IMG/VR virus record: IMGVR_UViG_3300047557_002951
Location: 1-64,000 of that record
Origin: a virus
Direction: 5' to 3' (one strand)
Length of the DNA: 64,000 bases
In this document: positions 49,150 through 57,822 of the stretch, piece by piece
How the letters are laid out: each line of letters opens with the position of its first letter
Numbering within the stretch: position 1 is the first letter of the stretch
Program-made: the position numbers and the translations under genes
Notes under the pieces: model-generated
Database searches by the model: none
Told to the model about the DNA's origin: nothing
The model's input: the letters and a program-made list of their open reading frames with translations, nothing else

Positions 49150-51655
49150 CTAACTTATTTTCCAGATTTTCAATTCTAATTTGCTGTTCTTTAATTGCTT
49201 CAATCAAAAGGCCAACCATATTAGAGTAATTTACTGACTTAATGCCATTACTATTTGTTTCGACAAGTTCTGGGAGTATATTTTCTACTTCTTGCGCAAT
49301 CAAACCAAGTGAAGGTTTGTTATTATTTACCCAATTGAATGTAACTCCTTGGAGTTTTTTTATAGTTTGAATTGGGGATTCAATTGGTTTTATGTTAGTT
49401 TTATGTGTTGCGTCTGATAATGAATTAAAGATATTAGCGAATAGAGTTCCAGTTAGTGGGTTAAATTGTAAGTTAGTTGATGAAACATTTACACTAGTTA
49501 CGGTTCCGCTAATCGCATCATCAAATATGGGATATCTGATTGCATCACTTGTCGTATCATCAGTGATAGTAAATCCACCATTATTTGCACCTTGGACACC
49601 TTGTGCTCCCTGGACACCTTGTGTACCTGTTGCTCCTTGTGCACCTTGTGTACCTGTTGCTCCTTGTGCACCTGTTGCTCCCTGGACACCTTGTGTACCT
49701 GTTGCTCCTTGTGCTCCTTGTGCACCTTGTGTACCTGTTGCTCCTTGTGCTCCTTGTGCACCTTGTGTACCTGTTGCTCCTTGTGCTCCTTGTGCACCTT
49801 GTGTACCTGTTGCTCCTTGTGCACCTGTTGCTCCCTGGACACCTTGTGTACCTGTTGCTCCTTGTGCTCCTTGTGCACCTTGTGTACCTGTTGCTCCTTG
49901 TGCTCCTTGTGCACCTTGTGTACCTGTTGCTCCTTGTGCTCCTTGTGCACCTTGTGTACCTGTTGCTCCTTGTGCACCTGTTGCTCCCTGGACACCTTGT
50001 GTACCTGTTGCTCCTTGTGCTCCCTGGACACCTTGTGTACCTGTTGCTCCTTGTGCACCTGTTGCTCCCTGGACACCTTGTGTACCTGTTGCTCCTTGTG
50101 CTCCCTGGACACCTTGAGCACCTTGAACTCCTTGTGCGCCTTGAACTCCTTGAGCACCTTGGACACCTTGAAGAGCTTGAGGTCCTTCTGGACCTTGAGC
50201 ACCTTGGACACCTTGAGCACCTTGGGCACCCTGACGGCCCTGAGCGCCTGTTGCGCCTTGAACTCCTTGTGCTCCTTGTGCTCCTTGAACACCTTGTGCT
50301 CCTTGTGGACCTTCAATTCCCTGTGGACCTGTAGCACCTTGAACACCTTGTGCTCCTTGTGGCCCTTGGACTCCTTGAAGAGCTTGAGGTCCTGTAGCAC
50401 CTTGAACTCCTTGAGCTCCTTGAGCTCCTTGAGCTCCTTGACGACCTTGTGCGCCTTGAGCCCCCACAGCACCCTGGACTCCCTGGGCACCTTGAACTCC
50501 TTGAGCACCTGTTGCTCCTTGAATACCTTGAGCACCCTGTACTCCCTGAGCTCCTTGAACACCTTGAGCACCTTGAGCACCTTGTGCGCCTTGAGTCCCC
50601 ACAGCACCCTGGACTCCCTGGGCACCTTGTGCACCTTGTGCACCTTGGGCACCTTGAACTCCTTGTGCTCCCTGCTCTCCTTGAGGACCAACAATAGTTC
50701 CAACATCATTCCAATTAGATCCAGTATATATCCACAAATTTCCAGTATCTGCCGCAATTACACCGTCTCCAATTGATGGAGGATACCAAGAAAAAAGAGT
50801 ATCATCTGAAGTTAATGTAGTATTTGGACTTGAAGTAGTAACCGATGGGACAGAACCAACTATTGTTACTGAAGTTCCATTTTGTCCTTGTGCTCCTTGA
50901 GCACCTTGAGCACCTTGAACTCCTTGGGCACCTTGAACTCCTTGGGCACCTTGAACTCCTTGGGCACCTTGGGCACCTTGGGCACCTTGGGCACCTTGGG
51001 CACCTACAGAACCTTGAACTCCTTGGGCACCTTGAACTCCTTGAGAACCCTGGACACCTTGAGAACCCTGGACACCTTGAGGTCCAGTACCACCCTGGAC
51101 ACCTTGAGGTCCAGTAGCACCCTGGATACCTTGGGATCCTTGAATACCTTCAACTCCTTGTGAACCTATGGCACCTTGAACACCTTGTAGACCTGTGGCA
51201 CCTTGAATTCCTTGAAATCCTTGGATACCTTGAAATCCTTGAGCACCAACAGCACCCTGGACTCCTTGTGCTCCTTGTGGACCTTGAATTCCTTGTGGGC
51301 CTGTGGAACCTTGAACTCCTTGAGCACCTTGAAATCCCTGAAGACCTTGACTGCCTAGCGGTTCACCCCAATATGCTGAATTTATACCATTTGATATTAA
51401 AACTTGTCCAGCAGACCCAGAACCGCTTTCTGTATATAAAGCCCCACTGAATCTGATATCACCAAGAACATCTAACTCTGATGTAGTTAAGATTCCGCTA
51501 ATCGATACATTCCCAAGAATATCTAATTTTTCTTTTGGCTGGGTAGATCCAATCCCAACATTAAACCCTGCGTCAGAATTTATAATTATATTTTGTGTAG
51601 AGTCATCAACTTGAATAAAATTTGCAAATTGAGATAGTTCTCTATTTATAGACAT
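49142..51655 (-). CDS. collagen-like fibre protein with peptidase S74 chaperone
   Basis: Two GXQ/GAT tracts around a small domain; [21 protein letters not shown]. Confidence 0.9.
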   Translation of the reverse strand: MSINRELSQFANFIQVDDSTQNIIINSDAGFNVGIGSTQPKEKLDILGNVSISGILTTSELDVLGDIRFSGALYTESGSGSAGQVLISNGINSAYWGEPLGSQGLQGFQGAQGVQGSTGPQGIQGPQGAQGVQGAVGAQGFQGIQGFQGIQGATGLQGVQGAIGSQGVEGIQGSQGIQGATGPQGVQGGTGPQGVQGSQGVQGSQGVQGAQGVQGSVGAQGAQGAQGAQGAQGVQGAQGVQGAQGVQGAQGAQGAQGQNGTSVTIVGSVPSVTTSSPNTTLTSDDTLFSWYPPSIGDGVIAADTGNLWIYTGSNWNDVGTIVGPQGEQGAQGVQGAQGAQGAQGAQGVQGAVGTQGAQGAQGAQGVQGAQGVQGAQGIQGATGAQGVQGAQGVQGAVGAQGAQGRQGAQGAQGAQGVQGATGPQALQGVQGPQGAQGVQGATGPQGIEGPQGAQGVQGAQGAQGVQGATGAQGRQGAQGAQGVQGAQGPEGPQALQGVQGAQGVQGAQGVQGAQGVQGAQGATGTQGVQGATGAQGATGTQGVQGAQGATGTQGVQGATGAQGATGTQGAQGAQGATGTQGAQGAQGATGTQGAQGAQGATGTQGVQGATGAQGATGTQGAQGAQGATGTQGAQGAQGATGTQGAQGAQGATGTQGVQGATGAQGATGTQGAQGATGTQGVQGAQGVQGANNGGFTITDDTTSDAIRYPIFDDAISGTVTSVNVSSTNLQFNPLTGTLFANIFNSLSDATHKTNIKPIESPIQTIKKLQGVTFNWVNNNKPSLGLIAQEVENILPELVETNSNGIKSVNYSNMVGLLIEAIKEQQIRIENLENKLDA

Positions 51656-51684
51656 CTTTACATTGCTTTTATATTTTTATTTAG

Positions 51685-52551
51685 TTATACTGCAGTAGTG
51701 CTTAGATTTCCGGAGTCATCAACGATTAATCTGTATGCAGTTCCATTTGGAGAAGTTAAAATAACTCCATGTGATGTATTTAATCCTACAGATACATCAC
51801 CACCAATAATAGTCAATTTTGATGTTGCATTTGTTGTTCCTATTCCAACATTAGATGTTGTGTGAATTCCCGAATTATTTGAACTCCAATATGAATAATA
51901 ATTTATTGTGGATCCCTCACTAGATCCGGATCCAGTGCTAACTGTAGCATATGATAAAATATCAATAACTTCTCCACCAAAACAAGAATTATTTAATATA
52001 ATGCTTGTTCCATTTGATGCAACATAATCCGACTCAGTTAGTCTGATGCCATTTATATAAACATCCACAAATCCAACATTATAAGATGTAGTAAATTCAG
52101 TTTGTCCAACTGTTGCTACTGTTGATATACCAGTTCTTAATGTTGGAAGTTGAAGACTTATGTCAATGGAACTTGATCCAGCTCCAACCCAAGAAGATGG
52201 ATTTGTCAGAACAAACTCATTGCTGACAAAATTAATATCAGTGACTTGGTTTACACCACCAACAATTACTCCCGCATCACGAACTGTAATAGATCCAGGT
52301 ATAAAAACTCCATTAGAAATGATATCGGTTTGTTTTGCCCAATATCTATTTCCAGACCCAGTATTATCGGAGACTAAAAAATAAAGATCTGAAATATTTC
52401 CAATATATGGGTTTATCCCAACAGAAGAAACCCCAATAATAGGATCTCCTAAATCTGGTTCTGCTTGCTCCAGTCCTAAAAATTGATAACGATCGCTATT
52501 AATTCCTGATTGTGGAGTTTTTTTAACTCTACCTGAGACTATTTTTGCCAT
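51685..52551 (-). CDS. virion structural protein
   Basis: GQTEF..VDVYINGIRL..DY repeat domain; NVGIGTT; LTSPNG..YRL.VDDSG.L tail. Confidence 0.75.
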   Translation of the reverse strand: MAKIVSGRVKKTPQSGINSDRYQFLGLEQAEPDLGDPIIGVSSVGINPYIGNISDLYFLVSDNTGSGNRYWAKQTDIISNGVFIPGSITVRDAGVIVGGVNQVTDINFVSNEFVLTNPSSWVGAGSSSIDISLQLPTLRTGISTVATVGQTEFTTSYNVGFVDVYINGIRLTESDYVASNGTSIILNNSCFGGEVIDILSYATVSTGSGSSEGSTINYYSYWSSNNSGIHTTSNVGIGTTNATSKLTIIGGDVSVGLNTSHGVILTSPNGTAYRLIVDDSGNLSTTAV

Positions 52552-52555
52552 TTAC

Positions 52556-52906
52556 TTATTGTTTTGCAGTTTCGAGGATACTTAATACAATATTTAATTT
52601 ACTATCTTCTGTTGCTTGAACTTTGATTACATCATTAGTCTCAAGTGCCAATCTCCCATCTGGAACTAAATTTACACTATCATTAGGTGGGACATAAGCA
52701 CCATTTGCAAATTTATAATCTTCCGGATTTTCACTTAAACGAGAATGCCAAGCAGTAACTTGTACAGTGCTGTCAGATGTTAAATTTGTAACATGAGCTA
52801 GAATGACAATAGCTGCTACACCAACAGGACAAGTATAAATTCCAACTTGACTTGATGTTATGTCTTTGCGAATTGTTTTAAATCTGTTAAGTGCTACTGC
52901 TGCCAT
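52556..52906 (-). CDS. small virion structural protein; paralogue of 30208..30537
   Basis: ALNRFKTI..IYTCPVG..ILAHVTN..RLALETND..SILETAK. Confidence 0.8.
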   Translation of the reverse strand: MAAVALNRFKTIRKDITSSQVGIYTCPVGVAAIVILAHVTNLTSDSTVQVTAWHSRLSENPEDYKFANGAYVPPNDSVNLVPDGRLALETNDVIKVQATEDSKLNIVLSILETAKQ

Positions 52907-52907
52907 T

Positions 52908-55900
52908 TTAATTACCTAATGCGATGATGAGTGGTGTTATTGTGTTTGTTATGCTTTGATCAAATGATCTTCCAGTCAATGTTCCAGTTAATTGATTTAC
53001 TACTAGACCATCACCAATTCTAAAATTACCTGCTTGATCTGTGCTGGTGTAAACGACCTCTCCTCCATTTAATTTCACAACTTCATTTTCTGGTATTACA
53101 ACTCCACCAAGAGCAGGTTTTGCAGTATTAATATTATTTCCAGATCCAACCCACTCAAAAGAATGAGAAGATGTAATCTGAAGACTCAATCGATTTAAAT
53201 AAACAGTGGTTCCAGCACTTACTGTATTATTTAGATTTGTATTGAGAGTAACTGTTGAAATTCCTGCAAAAGGTAAAGTTGCAGATTCAATTGTGTAATA
53301 TATTGGATATAAATTCAATGATGCCGTTGCAGTTACTCCAGTACCTATAGGTCCTGCAATTGCAATTTGTGGGTTATCGATAAATCTATATTGATTGCCA
53401 GTACTAATAATATCAATAGAAGTTACAGACCCATTTTCAATATTTGCAATTGCTTCAGCGCGAATACCATTTGGGCCAGTTGGTTCATCGATTACTACTA
53501 ATGGAGATTGAGTATAACCAGATCCACCATTAGTTACCTCTATACTTTGTACAGTATAATAAATTTCTCCAAAATGAACAGTTTGCCCATCATAAGGTCT
53601 TAGATTTCCGATGCCAGAAACCTCAACAATTGCTTGCTCCAATTCTGCATCAGTGTTTGCAATTCCAGTATAACGATAAATTGACTTAGTATTATAATCA
53701 CCAACACCATCACTAACTAAACCTTTTGTACCGAAGGAAGAGTTGGAGTTTGTAATATCACATTGACCACCAGAACCAGTAAAGATTGCAATATCGTCAC
53801 AGATCGTAAAGATAGAAACTAACTGAGAGTAAGCACCATTAGTGATTGAAACACCAATACCACCTTGATTGTATTGAGTGTAAGAGTCAACACTCATTGT
53901 ACCAGTTACACCAATATCATCTTTATCTCCTGGTTCTGCATCAAATCCATCAACCTTCATTCCAATTGATTTTGGAATGAAGTTGGTGCAGTTTCTAATG
54001 TATGGACCTTGTGTAATAGGTCCAACACCAGGAGAATATGGTGGGAATACAACACCACCAGAAACATAAGTATGTGGAATTGTAGAAACTCCAGTATTGA
54101 CTACAAAAGTAGTTCCTGTTCCAATAACCTGAAGAACTTTAAAATCATATCCAAGATTTCCTGTTGGATAAAGTGTTGTTGTACCTGCTCCACTTGTACA
54201 AGAGAATTTTAGATCGTGGAGTTTTACAAACTGACCAACCTTTACAGTAGCACCAGGAGCAGTGATAGTTGTAATGCCTGTTACATTATCATAAGAAGCA
54301 GTTGTAACTCCAATTGCACGGTTAACAACAAAACCACCACCAATATAATTATGTGCAATTGTTGAAATTCCAGTATTGATTACAAACGAACCGTCGCTAT
54401 TAACGGATGTTACATCAAACTCATAACCATAAGCACCTGATGGATATTTTTGAGTTCCAATAGAACCACCAGAAGTACAATTGAATAAAAGATCTCTTAC
54501 TTCAACAATATCTCCAGCTTTGACTGAGAGTGTTGGGGCAAGAATTGTTGTTGTCCCTGAAGTGTGATCATAAACAGCACTTGTAACACCAATTATAGAA
54601 TCAGTTCCAAGACCTGCATTTGCGGGGAATGAAGTATTAATTCCAGCACCAAGAACTGTAAGACCATTATCAAGGATGGATGTTACAACACCTACGCAAG
54701 AATAGATTGCAGAAACAACATTTGCACAAGATCCAATATCTTCATTAGATCCAGTGGCATCATCTGCCTGCATTGCTAGATCTTTAACCTGACTATAGGT
54801 TGACTGATAGTTTCCAGTCCAAGAAACATTATTGATGCAAGATCTTGCGATTCCTGCAGCATAGTTCAGTGCATCAATCGTTGCTGTTTTAACACTATAT
54901 CCATTTGGATCAGTGCCAGTAATGTGTAATAATGCGCCAGAATCACTATAGTAAGACTTACCTGCACCAACACACTTGAGATTTCCACCTCTTGTAATGT
55001 CGTGGATGATTGCCTTCAGTACATCTTTAATATCATCGCTACAATTTACAGGTGCTGTTGGAGTTCCTGATCCATCAACAACAACAAATGCAGGACTCTT
55101 ATAGTCGGTACTAGTTAAGTATCCAACTGTCTCTGCTGCGATAAAGTCAAGATTATAACGAATCATTCTTGCCGCATCAAAGAAGCGATCTGTTGCAACA
55201 CCAGCAAGTGGTTGTAGTGAAACAATCGCAGCACCATCACTCATATCAGGACCAATGAAACTCAAGTCCGTGATATGACAACTATTGTTTACATAGAATA
55301 AGTCTCTATTTGTATATTTTGGAGTAACTACACAGTTACGAAGTTCTGTACCTTCAACCGCAACTCTCTTGGAAAGATAGATTGGATTTTCCTCAATATA
55401 AACACCAGGGAATACCTTAATTGTATCACCAGGAAAAGCAATGGCGGCAGCTGCTTTAATTGTTCTTTTAGAATCATTTTCAGTTAAACCACTATTTGTA
55501 TCATTGCCATTTTGTGTTACAAAAATTGTCTTACCAATCGGGAAATAAGAATCAATGTTGACAACACCTTTACCTGGATTTTCTGTTGTGGTTAATCGAA
55601 CTCCAATCCCTGCGGTAATTTGGGTTACAATTCCAGATAATACTTCCCCATTCCCCAAATATGTAAGAGCATTAACGGTATTAGTAGTGACAGTTTCTGC
55701 TACTGACACATTTGTAGCGGTAACAAATCCTAAAGTGCTGATTCCAGAAACATTCAATTGAGTTACTGATGCAATTCCACCAACAACATTGATTGCTGTG
55801 GTTGAAGTGCCAACAGTGATTTCAGTGCTATTATTCCACGCTGGGGATGATCCTGGACCTCCTGATAATAAAACTTGACCCAATTCTCCGGAAAACTTGT

Positions 55901-56282
55901 ATCTTTGAAAACTAAAAGTTACTGTTGTAAGTCCAGAGTTGGTATGATTTGGAACAATTCCAAGAGAACTTGCACCAATACTAACAATTCTTGTATTATT
56001 TTGTATGAATGTTCCTGTTACATAATCACCAACTAAAAGTCCAGAAGTATTAATTCCAGAAATAAAGTCTAGAGATGTTGCTGAAGCGATACCAGTAGTA
56101 GATCCAATACTGGTATTGGAAGTTGGGACATAAATTCCACCACTTATTGATAAGTCACCATTAACGGATAAAATATAGTCCGGAGTAGTTGTGCCGATAC
56201 CAACTTTCTGACCTTCGGTGAAGATCAAATTGTCTGCTACTTCCAGACCATTCTTTACGACAAACGACTTGTTGACACTCAT
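52908..56282 (-). CDS. tail fibre/spike-like protein with beta-helix region
   Basis: KSFVVKNGL N-terminus; FVTQNGNDTNSG; PYIRNCTNF; DSYTQYNQGG; STDQAGNFRIG. Confidence 0.82.
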   Translation of the reverse strand: MSVNKSFVVKNGLEVADNLIFTEGQKVGIGTTTPDYILSVNGDLSISGGIYVPTSNTSIGSTTGIASATSLDFISGINTSGLLVGDYVTGTFIQNNTRIVSIGASSLGIVPNHTNSGLTTVTFSFQRYKFSGELGQVLLSGGPGSSPAWNNSTEITVGTSTTAINVVGGIASVTQLNVSGISTLGFVTATNVSVAETVTTNTVNALTYLGNGEVLSGIVTQITAGIGVRLTTTENPGKGVVNIDSYFPIGKTIFVTQNGNDTNSGLTENDSKRTIKAAAAIAFPGDTIKVFPGVYIEENPIYLSKRVAVEGTELRNCVVTPKYTNRDLFYVNNSCHITDLSFIGPDMSDGAAIVSLQPLAGVATDRFFDAARMIRYNLDFIAAETVGYLTSTDYKSPAFVVVDGSGTPTAPVNCSDDIKDVLKAIIHDITRGGNLKCVGAGKSYYSDSGALLHITGTDPNGYSVKTATIDALNYAAGIARSCINNVSWTGNYQSTYSQVKDLAMQADDATGSNEDIGSCANVVSAIYSCVGVVTSILDNGLTVLGAGINTSFPANAGLGTDSIIGVTSAVYDHTSGTTTILAPTLSVKAGDIVEVRDLLFNCTSGGSIGTQKYPSGAYGYEFDVTSVNSDGSFVINTGISTIAHNYIGGGFVVNRAIGVTTASYDNVTGITTITAPGATVKVGQFVKLHDLKFSCTSGAGTTTLYPTGNLGYDFKVLQVIGTGTTFVVNTGVSTIPHTYVSGGVVFPPYSPGVGPITQGPYIRNCTNFIPKSIGMKVDGFDAEPGDKDDIGVTGTMSVDSYTQYNQGGIGVSITNGAYSQLVSIFTICDDIAIFTGSGGQCDITNSNSSFGTKGLVSDGVGDYNTKSIYRYTGIANTDAELEQAIVEVSGIGNLRPYDGQTVHFGEIYYTVQSIEVTNGGSGYTQSPLVVIDEPTGPNGIRAEAIANIENGSVTSIDIISTGNQYRFIDNPQIAIAGPIGTGVTATASLNLYPIYYTIESATLPFAGISTVTLNTNLNNTVSAGTTVYLNRLSLQITSSHSFEWVGSGNNINTAKPALGGVVIPENEVVKLNGGEVVYTSTDQAGNFRIGDGLVVNQLTGTLTGRSFDQSITNTITPLIIALGN

Positions 56283-56320
56283 TTGTTCTCCCTAGAGGTT
56301 CACTATCCCCTCTTTTTATT

Positions 56321-56328
56321 TATTTATA
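56321..56328 (-). promoter_or_regulatory. T4-type late promoter TATAAATA
   Basis: Exact consensus upstream of 56282; NTAAATA variants also precede genes at about 13063, 20879, 32454, 35368, 41545, 46331, 48256, 51678 and 57814. Confidence 0.7.
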
Positions 56329-56330
56329 AT

Positions 56331-57299
56331 TTAATATACTGTGGTTGTGTGTACAATTGAATTTGTTCCAGGATACACATAAATTGATCCGGCACCATTT
56401 CCAGAAAAAGATGCACTTCTAACTGTTATACTAGAACAGTCGAAGGCATATGCTCCATATGCTCCGGTATCACGAATATGTGCTCCATCACCCAATCTTA
56501 TGCAACCATTGTTAAATGCAAGTAAACCATGCTCATTGATGTTTGTTATAATATCTCTATCGGAATCAATGTTTGCGCTATAGCTAGAAAAACTACCTCC
56601 AGTGGATGCTTGTATTCCTCTACCACAATCTGAAACAATAATACTGTAAGCACTAATTAAACTACTATCTGCGAGTATTCCAGTACTATTTCCAGATGGA
56701 CCATTAAATCCATGAAATGCACAGTTTTCAAGTCTAGCAGATCCTGCCAAACCTCTACTGTCTACAGTAGGACTTGCCACCTGATTTCCCGGAGAACCAT
56801 TCCAAGTTCCAAAAAATACAATATTAGAAAATCCACCTACACCACCAGTTGCTCCGCCTAAAGCAGATTTCATGTAAAATCCATTATATGAAAAATGAAA
56901 TCTTGTGGGGTAGTGATTTGCTAGTGTTGTGTAATTTTGTGCTTTTGTTTGTGATGCCAGTGTAGTAGAAGTTGGTCTAGTTCCTACTCTACTTGCACCT
57001 ACTATTTTAATTTGTCCACCTTGTGGAGGATTTAAAATAAGATATTGATTAATATCACTAGATCCTCTAAAGTAATAGTCTCCAGCAGGAACATTTAGTT
57101 CTATAATCACATTTGGATCATATACTCTATTAACTACATCACTATATACTCTTTTAAACAAATCCCCATTTGCTTCATAATCAGTAGTTGATATTGTACC
57201 ATAACTTGATAAATTAAATGTTACGGTGCTCGCAAAAGTATCATCCGCAATTCTTTCTCTGCTAATATTATTCCTAAAAGAAGAAGTATATTGTGGCAT
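56331..57299 (-). CDS. putative right-handed beta-helix protein
   Basis: VPAGDY, IKIVG, repeated G-x-x-A..G coils. Confidence 0.6.
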   Translation of the reverse strand: MPQYTSSFRNNISRERIADDTFASTVTFNLSSYGTISTTDYEANGDLFKRVYSDVVNRVYDPNVIIELNVPAGDYYFRGSSDINQYLILNPPQGGQIKIVGASRVGTRPTSTTLASQTKAQNYTTLANHYPTRFHFSYNGFYMKSALGGATGGVGGFSNIVFFGTWNGSPGNQVASPTVDSRGLAGSARLENCAFHGFNGPSGNSTGILADSSLISAYSIIVSDCGRGIQASTGGSFSSYSANIDSDRDIITNINEHGLLAFNNGCIRLGDGAHIRDTGAYGAYAFDCSSITVRSASFSGNGAGSIYVYPGTNSIVHTTTVY

Positions 57300-57314
57300 T
57301 TTAGGTCTCCTGGA

Positions 57315-57797
57315 TTAGTTTACGATGCGCCAATCATAAGTAGAACCACACCACATCAAAGTAATTGCTTGGCTATCAACATCCATAATAAGTGTATCTC
57401 CAGCAGCTCCACCTTGAATTCTATCTACATTATTTGGATCTATTATTATATTATTTTTAAACGCATTTCCAGTATTAGTCTCGCCAGTTCCTATATCAAC
57501 AATACGAACCCAATCTCCAAGTTGCACTGAAGAACCAATAGGAAGAACTACTGTTCTTACATTGGAAGTATTTAATAATAAAACTTTATTCATATCATTT
57601 GCAGTCAAAGTAACATCTGTTGATATTACGGTATCATTATATACAGAAAATCTAGTCCTTCCAGTAATTACACCTTCACATTCAATAGAAGGAACATTAA
57701 TAATAGGACTATTATTTAAATTGAGATTATCACCAGAAGGTAGTTCTTTGAACCTATTGTCTGTAGAATCAAATATTAATGGATATCTATCAGCCAT
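57315..57797 (-). CDS. small tail structural protein
   Basis: MADRYPLI..ELPSGD; VVLP..GDWVRIVD..W domain. Confidence 0.7.
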   Translation of the reverse strand: MADRYPLIFDSTDNRFKELPSGDNLNLNNSPIINVPSIECEGVITGRTRFSVYNDTVISTDVTLTANDMNKVLLLNTSNVRTVVLPIGSSVQLGDWVRIVDIGTGETNTGNAFKNNIIIDPNNVDRIQGGAAGDTLIMDVDSQAITLMWCGSTYDWRIVN

Positions 57798-57822
57798 TTT
57801 TAGAGTTTTCTTTTATTTATGT

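Noticed and set aside
49392-51450. Cys-rich and other overlapping ORFs (CTCCSL.., PCAPCVPVA.., KVHKEQQ..)
   Set aside because: Same shadow effect from the GAT/GTQ collagen repeats; not metallothioneins
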